DNA of 63,135 nucleotides, filler included, from Conidiobolus incongruus B7586 (Eukaryota): NCBI GenBank assembly GCA_000697335.1. It is 18 parts of 18 records of this genome, joined end to end, with 100 filler letters (N's around TTAATTAATTAA, not from the genome) between each part and the next. Parts side by side here need not be neighbours in the genome. Positions count along the whole stretch, not along the records: positions 52,651 to 55,437 come from JNEM01005301.1; positions 55,538 to 58,754 come from JNEM01005303.1; positions 58,855 to 60,460 come from JNEM01005319.1; positions 60,561 to 61,822 come from JNEM01005324.1; positions 61,923 to 63,135 come from JNEM01005330.1; 13 more parts are not named here. One strand, 5' to 3'. Shown piece by piece: positions 52,651 to 63,135 of this stretch (position 1 is its first letter; each line of letters starts with the position of its first letter). The notes under the pieces were generated by a model. It saw only the letters and a program-made list of their open reading frames with translations, ran no database searches and was not told where the DNA came from. The position numbers and the translations under genes were made by a program.

Positions 52651-54930
52651 TATAATAATTTTTTTAAAAGAGTTAATATTGATTTTAATTAAATTAAATA
52701 ATGTTCAAACTTTTACTATATTTATTTACAAGGATTAACTTATATTTATAATTCTATTTGTTAAATTATTTTAAAGATTTTATTGATTTTTTAGTTAAAC
52801 TTATAGCTTTATTAACTAATCTCTTTAGAAATAATTCTTTTGTTAAAACAACATTACTATATACTTTTTATATAAGTTTAATTTTCTATATTATTAATAC
52901 TTTTAACTTATTTTTTTTTCAAGTAAAATTAATTATTATTATTTTTACTAATATTAATCCTTTAATATTAATATATAATTTAATTAAAATTTATTTAATA
53001 TTTATATTTTAACCATAACATAGAATAATGAATAAGAAAAAATAGATTTATCCTTATAAATATTATTTTAAAGTAGATTATATTCTGATTAAGAATAATA
53101 AAACCAGCCTAATTAAAATATCTAGTTTATAAATAAAAACTTTTTCCTTTAATAAAAATAATTAAAATCACTTATATTACTTATTTTGTAATTTTTTCCT
53201 AGTACTTTTATAGCACAAATTATTTATCTACTTAAATACTTTAAAGTATTTATTAAAAAGATAAGTTAAATAAATTAAAATTATACAAGTTTATTTTTTT
53301 ATTTAATATCTTTCAAGTTAATAGAATCATATTATAAATACTTTGTTAAATAATTTTATATACTTATTTTTTTATTTATAAAGATCTAGTAAATATTAAC
53401 TTAATAATTATTAATGGAAAAAATAAATAATTTATTAAATTATTTTAAGAAATAATACCAAATAATAATATTTTATTTTAGTTAAACAAGAACTTGTTAA
53501 ACTATTACAATACTAATTGAAATTTGTTTAATTATTTAAAATTATTAATAACCTATTATAATATAATAATTGTTTATTTATCCTTAATATTCTTAAGATT
53601 TAACTAGCAATATTTAATGAATATTATGTTTTAATTTTTAGAAAATATCAAAACTAGTCAAAAAATGCTAATAGAATCAAATAAAGTATTACTAGCTTTC
53701 TTTAGCTAGATTAGTTTAGAAATACATTAATACTTGTGATATATGCTAAAGAACTAAATATAATACCAAACTAAAGTATTGTAAACTTATTCCCCTACAA
53801 GCCTCTAATAAAACTTAATAACCAATCTAACTTGATTTTATAGAAATTCTTAAATCAATAGATAGTTATGATAACATATTAATTTTAATTGATTTATTCT
53901 TTAAATATGTTTATTTTATTCCTTGTTTGAAAACTACTATAGTTAAAGATATATCACAAATATTATTCTGTAATATTTTTACCTACTCTAGAATTTTAGA
54001 AATCATTGTATTTAATAAAAATACATAATTTAACTCCTTATTCTAAGTTACTTTCCTTATCCCACAAAATTAACCTAATTATATCTATTATTAATCATCT
54101 ATAAACTAATTAATTTATTAAAAAAACTATTAAAACCTTAGAGCATTTGATTAAAGCTTATATTAACACTTATCAGTTAAATTAAAATACTTATATTTAC
54201 CAACTCTAATATTTATTTAATATTTTTATCAATAAACCAAAAAGATTTAGGTTTTATTTTATTAATTATAATAATTATTTTAATTCAAAAATTGCTTTAA
54301 AACTCTAAATTAATTTACCTTTAGATACTGTTGAATTTCAATTCAATACCAAATTTATTAATTCCAATTTTAAATTTAACATTGAAGAAAATAAAGGATT
54401 ATAGAACAATAATATTTAAAGTTATCTAGAAATCACCTTAAATATAATATTACTATATTTGTATACTAAGAATAATCTACCCTTAAACTTTATTTTTTCT
54501 TACTTAATTACAAAGCACTTACTATTATATAATAGTCCCTACAAAATTTAATTTATTGATTCAAATCTTAAAATTATTATCTTAGAATTACTACTAACTT
54601 TGAGAATTAACCCTATCTTTTATTTATCTAAAATCAAGCCTTATTTTGAAGATTTTCAACACTTTTCTTAATTAATTAAAATCCCTAAAATTAGATTTAA
54701 TTATTAATTCAGGTAGAGAAAAAGAATAAAATATTGATTATATAATTAAATCTAAATCTATTAGAAATAAGCTTTATTTCAATATAAAATAAATAGGTTA
54801 TCATATTAAAGAAGTTATATAAGAATCCCTAGAAAATATCAAGAATATTTTAACTTATTGTATATATTTTTAAAAATTTAAAGAATGTGTCTCTTTTAAA
54901 AAACCTACTAGAAGAGTATTAAAAGATTAA
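52651..54930 (+). mobile_element. Ty3/Gypsy chromovirus pol relic (RT end, RNase H, integrase, chromodomain)
   Basis: In order: LNYFKDFI...IALLTNL (NYYRRFI...IAxPLTxL), YINTCDIC (integrase HHCC), LDFIE...YDNILILIDLFFKYVYFIPC (integrase core), and IDYIIKSKSIRNKLYFNIK*IGY...I*ESLENI (chromodomain). Confidence 0.85.
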
Positions 54931-55041
54931 TTTTTTTAATTCTTATATTAATTTCTATATATTTTGAATAACTATAAATTATATTATTAATTTATACTTT
55001 TAAAACTAAATTAATTATATAAATATCATTAAATAATTTAA

Positions 55042-55320
55042 TAAACTAGGTTTTTTTCTTCTTATTACTTATTATTTCTCTTTTTACATTTTTTCTAAGA
55101 TTGAAAATATATTCTATTGATATTAAAGTATATTGGCGCTAACTACTTTAAATCTAATATAATAGTGACTAATCTTAGTTTGAAGCTTAATTAAATTTTG
55201 TTTAATTTTGCACATTACAATTATGTTATAATACTACATTTTATGTTATACTACTTTTATATTAAGTTTTTCTCTATTCTATTTTGGTATTTCAACACTA
55301 TGCTTACACTTCATATATTA
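55042..55320 (+). repeat. Dispersed ~270-bp repeat (second copy at about 60157-60412)
   Basis: Shared blocks TAAACTAGGTTTTTTT, AGTGACT and AAGCTTAATTAAA in the same order. Confidence 0.7.
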
Positions 55321-55537
55321 TCAAATATATATAAATTATAATTATATAAATAAAATAAAAATTATTTGATCAGATTAATAATTTTGATTAATAAATTAAT
55401 TTCAAAATCAATATAGTAATTAAATATAAATAATGAANNNNNNNNNNNNNNNNNNNNNNNNNNNNNNNNNNNNNNNNNNNNTTAATTAATTAANNNNNNN
55501 NNNNNNNNNNNNNNNNNNNNNNNNNNNNNNNNNNNNN

Positions 55538-55777
55538 TCTTTCGTCTTCATCAAATGAACGATTGTGGAACTTTCTACGGATGAAGCCTTGGAAATTCTT
55601 GGAGACGGGTTCTAAGAGTTTTGACTTGGGAGCTACAAAAAATATTCAATTAATAAAAAAGAAAATTAAATTATCAAATTATTATAAGATGATACCAGAA
55701 ATGGTAGCTTTGACAGTCTTGTTGGCATTGGCATCCCAAGCTTCGGGCAAGGGCTTAATTAAAATAGGAGTAGTCAT
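55538..55777 (-). CDS. ZUO1: Zuotin (ribosome-associated J-protein) N-terminus, truncated by contig end
   Basis: Exons 55777-55696 and 55632-55538 give MTTPILIKPLPEAWDANANKTVKATISAPKSKLLEPVSKNFQGFIRRKFHNRSFDEDER, matching the zuotin EPVG..F...RR..H.R.F.E.ER motif. Confidence 0.75.
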
Positions 55778-56809
55778 TTTTTTAAATTAGTAAATTGTTG
55801 GTTCAATATTACTTGATCCAAATATTTTTTTTTTAAAATAATATTTAAAATTAATTTATTAATACTCAATTTATGGGATCGTTTGACCAGTAAAAACTTG
55901 TCTTAGTACAATTTTTAAATTCATAATAAGTTATTCTATATTATACTATATTATATTAAAATTCTATAGTTTAGGTATATTATAGGGAATTTAGTTTATT
56001 CTATTTTAATATATTTCTTATATAACCCTTTTGCTCTCTAATATATCAGATTAGGTTAAGAAATGAAATCACATGAAAAAGCATATAATATATAAAATAT
56101 AAAATTTATAAATTGTTCAAGGTTCATAAATTTTGGTAAAGTTTTTATTATTGACTAAATTAATGAATCTTATCACAACTTATATTCAATATCAATTAAT
56201 ATATTATAATAAATGATTTTTATAACAAAATTGCTAATCATAGATATGATAATCAAATTATATCTAACATTTTCATTAATATATTCACGAATTAATATAC
56301 TATTTTAAGTTCAAAAAATTGACAATAAAATAACAGATCATTTTATTTGAGGCATTTTGATACATAAGCTTGATATTCGTATCTTTTGTATTTATTTATA
56401 TTAATTTATATAAAAGGTAATTAAAATATTGAAATTCTTCATATAAATATTGCCAAAATTGAAAATGTATTCTGTAAAATTTTAGATAAAATAATTATTT
56501 AGTTTTTACTACATAATATACTATCAAATAAATACCAGGAATAATGTATCAAAACTTTTCTAATAAATATTTTTAAAAATATATTATATTAATCAACAAT
56601 AATATAAACAGAATCATTATTTAAATTATAAAATTATGAAGATATAATCAAAATAACATATACCAGATATGTGTTTATTATTTTAACATTCTATGTTTGC
56701 AATCAACTCGAACTCTAAATCATTCACAATTTTAATATATTTTAACCACAATAAAATGTTTTGGCTAAAAAGTTTTTAATTAGTATGAAAATCAATAAAA
56801 AATTTAGTA

Positions 56810-58120
56810 TCACTCAAGAAATTAAGCAATAACATACTTTTAACCCTGAATTTTATAATTTCCAACACAAAATTTAAAAAAATGAGTATTATAAATTAAT
56901 TTTTATTATTATTAGTAATTTTTTGCCATATTTTTGGCAAACTTTTAATTCCAAAAATCAGATTTTATTAATAACTGAAATTTAATGTTTCACAAACTAA
57001 TTGAATTTGTTTATTGAAATTAGCTTTATTATATGTATATCTTTTAATTGCCTAAAATAACTATAATTATTAAGTTTATATTCAGTAAATAAATTAGGTA
57101 TAATAGCTGTTCTTTTTTATTTTATTTTATTTAGAAAATATTTTACAGCTCTAGATTTCTATATTTTATAGTTATTATATAATATAATAATTATTTTCGA
57201 TTGATGATAAAAATATTAGATAAATATGATTTTATTAATATTAAGTTTGTTTTCAATTATATTAATTTCAGGTATTAGTTAAAAAATAATAAAACTTATA
57301 ATTTGTCTAAATAAACAATATTAATGTTTATATAAAATGTAAGTTAATTGGAATTTATAATAATATTGTTTTAATTCAGCTTATTTTTTTTTTTTGAAAT
57401 AAAGGGAAAAAATATAATTTATAAGTTATAATAATTCTATATATAAATTTATTGTTAGTGTTTTTATAGATTTTACCTAGTTATAAATATTTCACTACAT
57501 CTTGAAAATATTTTGAACTACAGATTATTTCCCTCATATTATTTTTGAATAAATCAAATTTAAACTTGGATATATATTTATATATATATATATATCTTAT
57601 ATATAAATAATGACGAATTATTTTAATATTTTTTGCAAAGAAGTATATTTTTTAATATATAGTGTTATTAATTTAATCAATACATAATAATCAAAATTCA
57701 CTTTATAATTTTAATAAATAATGGATAATTTGTCTTCCAATATTAAAATCATTAACTTATTAATAAATGATAAATAAAAATAAAATTTTTTTTCTAAGTG
57801 ATATATTGATTTGAAAATACTATATAAGGCTTGCAATTAAGCTGTCACTAATTTTAAATAAAAGAACTTAAATAATTATTATTTGGATTAAATAAAAATA
57901 AACCAAATATTAAATATTTTGATAAATTATATATAAATAAAAAAAAGATATATAGTTTTAAAATATATATATATGTATATATCTATTGATATATATTATT
58001 TGGCAAAAATATATCATAAAAAATTACTTATATATTTTCCTATAATTTAAATAACTCTTAATTAAATTGATTTAAATTAAAATAAATAATTAAAAAAAGC
58101 ATTTGATTATAATAAACTAA
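56810..58120 (-). mobile_element. Diverged mariner copy
   Basis: Minus strand near 56955-56905 reads FGIKSLPKIWQKITNNN (mariner C-terminus). TIR-like sequence at about 56810-56843. Right boundary approximate. Confidence 0.55.
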
Positions 58121-58854
58121 ATTTAATTATATTTAGTTTATTATTGGTTAGTATATTAAATTTTATAATATTTATAAGGATAGGTTATTAATATATATGT
58201 TGATAAGTTAAATAAATATATAAAATATAAATTAATTAATTTCAATAAAAAAAATAATTTTATCAAGGTATTATAATAATTATAAAATAATATAAAGATA
58301 TTAGTTAGTATTAGTTTTATTTTATATATTTTATATTAAAATGAATATTATTTATTATTTAAAATACCCAAAAATAAAAATATTTTTATTATAAAATTAA
58401 ATTAGCATTTAAATTTCATTATTAAAATTAAATTAAAATTAATTAATACAAGGTTATTTAACTTAATATAATATAAATATAAGTTAATAAGTTTAATAAA
58501 AAAGCTATATATTTATTATATCATTACCTAATTAGTCTATATATTTATTTTTTATATTAGTTTATATATAATTTTGATTTTTTTCCTACTTTCCCTTAAA
58601 TTTATTTATTTTTATCCTAATATATAAAAGAAAAACCATTATGTTCTTTATTTAAAATAAATTAACTTAAAAATTTTATAAAATATTTCCAATAAAACCT
58701 TATATAATTATATTTTAACTTTATTGCTTATTAATTCTTTAATTTAATTCAATANNNNNNNNNNNNNNNNNNNNNNNNNNNNNNNNNNNNNNNNNNNNTT
58801 AATTAATTAANNNNNNNNNNNNNNNNNNNNNNNNNNNNNNNNNNNNNNNNNNNN

Positions 58855-60128
58855 AAAATTAAATAAATAAATTAATAAAATATATATAAAAATTAATATA
58901 TAATATAAAATTAATATCCTCTTCTATTATTAATAGTTTTTTTCTATATATTTGATAAGCTTCTAATACTTAAAAAATAGTTTTTTTTTATCAAAAACTG
59001 AAATTTGATATTTCACAAATCAATTTAATTTGTTTATAAAAATTTTTTCCTATAAGCTATTTTTTTAATTATTTAAATAATTATAATCAGATAGGTTATA
59101 ATTAGATGAATATACTGGATATAGTAACTCCCTTTATTTTTTTATATAAAAAAACTTTTATAGCTTTAGTTTTATATATTTTGTAATTATCATACAAAAT
59201 AATAAGTGTTTTTAATTTAAAATAAGAATAATATTTAAAAATTATTTTATTTAAAAAAGTGATATAATCTATTATTAATTGATTTTCCTTGAGATATTAA
59301 ATAAAAAGACTATATTCTATTATAATCCATTATAATAATTAATATTTGCTTATATTTAAGTATTTATTCATTAGAATTAATAAAGGGAATTGATTTAACA
59401 TAACCTAATATCTTATTTTGTTTTTAGGAAAAGGATTATATAAAAAAATCTAAGATTTATTAATTATAAGTGTTTATTATAAAAACCTTTGTTTTTAGGT
59501 ATATCTTAATAAGTTTAGTTTAGCTATAGCTATTTTAATTTTCTTTTATGCTTTTATTAAATTATAAGGTATCCATTTTGTATTGTTATTAATTAATCTA
59601 AATTTAAACTTAAATAAATATAATATGCTTATATAATTAATATTAAATTGTTTTAATAATTCTTTAACAAAAATAAAAGGATATTTCTTAATATATTTTT
59701 TTACTCCATTTATAAATAAAAAAGTGATAATAAAAATTAGTTTTTATGATTTTGGTAAATTTTAAATAATATCCTTTCTAGTTTTAAAACCATAAATCTA
59801 GTGATATATGGTAGTTTTAAATAAAGCACCATCTTTATAAGTTGTTTGCAAGTTTTAGATGATTTTAGAGAGTTTATGGTTAAATTTTAAAAATACCAAA
59901 ATCAAAGCCTTTTGATAATCACAATCTAATTAAAATATAGTTAAATTTAAATATAAATTTTAAAATCAAAATATTTTAATAAAATAAATAATTAAAATTT
60001 AATATATATATATATTTTGAAAATATTTATTTTCATATATATTATATATATATAATTTTTCAAAATATATAATATATTTGAAATATTAGAAATTAAAAAA
60101 TTTGTTATTTCTTAATTTCTATACTAAT
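58855..60128 (-). mobile_element. Mariner copy B
   Basis: Colinear with copy A over more than 1.2 kb, including the right TIR. Confidence 0.9.
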
Positions 60129-60560
60129 AATTATATAAATAGCATTGAATTATCTAATAAACTAGGTTTTTTTTCTTCTCAATTCTTATTATTTCTTATT
60201 TTTCATATTATTTCCATAATTTAAATTATATTCTATCAGTATTATAATATATTAATACTACCTAATATAAGTCCTAATATATCAGTGACTTATCCTAATT
60301 CAAAGCTTAATTAAACTTTGTTTATATTTTCATATTACCTCCTATATTATATCACCATATTTTGTGCCACATTACCTTTATATCAAGTCTTCGTCTATAC
60401 TATATTAATAACCTTTTATTATTTTATTTATAATATATATATTTATATATAATTTTTATANNNNNNNNNNNNNNNNNNNNNNNNNNNNNNNNNNNNNNNN
60501 NNNNTTAATTAATTAANNNNNNNNNNNNNNNNNNNNNNNNNNNNNNNNNNNNNNNNNNNN

Positions 60561-61822
60561 GAAAATTTTTTAATTTTTGATCTTTTAAATATATTAATTT
60601 TATTGAAAAATTATATATATATAAAATATATAGGATTATAAATATTTTCAAATTATATATTTATATTCAATTTTAAATATTTTTTTTATTAAAATATTTT
60701 TATTTTAAAATTTATATTTAAATTTAATTATATTTAAACTAGATTATGATTATCAAATGTCTTTTATTTGTGTATCTTTAAAACTTAACCATAAACCTTT
60801 TAAAATCATCTAAAACTTACAAATAACTTATAAAGATAATATTTTATTTAAAACTACTATATATTGCTAGATTTATGATTTTAAAGCTAGAAAGGATATT
60901 ATTTAAAATTTATTAAAATCTAAAAAACTAATTTCTATTATTATTTTTTTATTTATTAATATAGTAAAAAAAATATATTAAGAAATACCTTTTTATTTCT
61001 GTTAATGAACTATTAAAATAATTTAATATTAACTATATAAGCATATTATATTTATTTTAGTTTAAACTCAGATTAATTAATAAAAATATAAAATAGATAT
61101 CTTATAATTTAACAAAAGCCTAAAAGAAAATTAAAATAGCTATAACTAAACTAAACTTATTAAGATATAACTAAAAACAAAGGTTTTTACAATAAATACT
61201 TATAATTAATGAATTTTAAATTTTTTTATATAATACTTTACTTAAAAATAAAACAAGATGTTAGGTTAAGCTAAATTAATCCCTTCCATAAATTATAATG
61301 AATAAATATTTTAAATATAAATAAATAATAATTATTATACTAGATTATAATGATATATAGATTTTTTATTTAATATCTTAAAGAAAATTAATTAATAATA
61401 AGTTATATATTATTTTTTGAAATAAAATAATTTCTAAATGGTATTTTCAATATAAATTAAAAACACCTATTATTTTATATATTAATTATAAAATATATAA
61501 AATTAAAGCTATAAAAGATTTTTTATATAAAAAAATTAAAAGGAGTTACCATATCTAATATATTCACCTTATTATAACCTATATGATTATAATTATTATG
61601 GATAATTTAAAAAATAACTTATAAAAAAAATTCTTGCAAACAAATTAAATTGATTTATAAAATATTAAATTTTAGTTCTTAATAAAAAGAACTGTTTTTT
61701 AAATATTAGAAGTTTACCAAAAATATAAAAAAGTTAATAATAATAAAAGAGGTTATTAATTTTATATTATTTATTAATTTATATATATTATTTATTAATT
61801 TATTTGTTTAATTTTAATTTTA
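60561..61822 (+). mobile_element. Mariner copy C
   Basis: Reverse complement of copy A. ELPYLIYSPYYNLYDY near 61545-61590. Confidence 0.9.
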
Positions 61823-61922
61823 NNNNNNNNNNNNNNNNNNNNNNNNNNNNNNNNNNNNNNNNNNNNTTAATTAATTAANNNNNNNNNNNNNNNNNNNNNN
61901 NNNNNNNNNNNNNNNNNNNNNN

Positions 61923-63135
61923 GTATATAAATTATAATAAATAATATAAAATTAATATTATCTGATATTATTAATAGCTTTTTTCTTTATTTTTGATAAG
62001 CTTCAAATATTTAAAAATTATTTTTTTTTAATAAAAACTAAAATTTAATATTTTATAAACTAATTAAATTTATTTACAAAATTTTTTTATAAGCTGATTT
62101 TTTAATTATTTAAAGCAAATATTATTATATAGGTTATAATTCAGTAAATATATTAAATATGGTAACTCTCACCAGTTTTTTTATATAAACAAACTTTTAT
62201 AATTTTAATTTTATATATTTGATAATTATTATATAAAATAATAGGTATCTTTAATTTTTATAAAAAACATTATTTAAAAATTGTTTTATTTAAAAAAATA
62301 ATATATAATTTATTATTAATTATTTTTCCTTGAGATATTAAATAAGAAAACAATATATTATTATAATTTATTACAATAATTGATATTTATTTATATCTAA
62401 AATACTTATTCATTAGAATTTTAAAACAGATTAATTTAGTTTAATCTAATATCTTGTTTTATTTTTAGATAAAGGATTATATAAAGAGTGTTAAATTTTA
62501 TTAATTATCAGTATTGGTTATAAAAACCTTTTTTTTAGTTATATTTTAAAAAGTTTTATTTAGCTATAGTTATTTTAATTTTCTTTTAATTTTTGGTTAA
62601 ATTATAAAATATTTATTTTATATTATTACTAATTAATCTAAGTTTAAATTTAAGTTTATATAGTATAACTATATAACTAATATTAAATTGCTTTGATAAC
62701 CCTTTAACTAAAATAAAAAGGTATTTTTTAATATATTTTTCTATTTTATTTTTAAATAAAAAAATGATAATAGAAATTAATTTTTTAGATTTTAATAAAT
62801 TTTAAATAATATCCCTTTTAACTTTAAATTCATAAATTTAGTGATATATAATAGTTTTAAATAAAATATCATCTTTATAAGTTATTTATAAGCTTCAAAT
62901 AATTTTAAAAAGTTTATAGTTAAGTTTTAAAGTAATAAATAGAAAAGCCTTCTAATAATTATCATTTAGTTTCAATATAATTAAATTTAATTATAAATTT
63001 TCAAATCAAAATATTTTAATAAAAAAGTTATTATAATTGAATATATATATTTAATCAAGAGTACTTATTATTATATATATTTATATATAAATAATTATTT
63101 AAAATATATAATATGTTTAAAAAAATCAGATATTA
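61923..63135 (-). mobile_element. Mariner copy D
   Basis: Colinear with copies A and B. Confidence 0.88.

Noticed and set aside
52758..53012. 84-aa hydrophobic ORF as a membrane protein
   Set aside because: It is the mutated RT/RNase H junction of the Gypsy relic. The I/F/L/N/K richness comes from AT bias.
55563..55790. Plus-strand 75-aa ORF
   Set aside because: Antisense to the spliced zuotin 5' end.

Overview
This is a very AT-rich eukaryotic window, and it is not one locus. It consists of 18 contigs joined by 17 identical 100-nt artificial spacers (N44-TTAATTAATTAA-N44), so gene order across spacers has no biological meaning. The proteins look fungal and the GT-AG introns are short (about 48-73 nt). 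My inference is an early-diverging, possibly insect-associated fungus, but this is not proven. Genes I can reconstruct by hand: a 238-aa modular metallothionein, a PPR protein, an alpha/beta hydrolase, RPL22, a 7-exon protein with a chromo-like segment, a 62-aa secreted cystine-knot (knottin) peptide, an N-terminal RING-H2/coiled-coil protein, AMMECR1 (with a 9-nt microexon), a C2H2 transcription factor, an RGS protein, a probable small orphan protein and the 5' end of zuotin. Much of the apparently featureless AT-rich DNA is transposon relics: mariner D34D, Tc1 D34E, Ty3/Gypsy chromovirus and probably LINE. These have been degraded mainly by C>T/G>A transitions, a RIP-like pattern, while two ~335-bp solo LTRs stay GC-rich. 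The most interesting items are this hypermutation signature, the conotoxin/spider-toxin-like knottin and the giant metallothionein.
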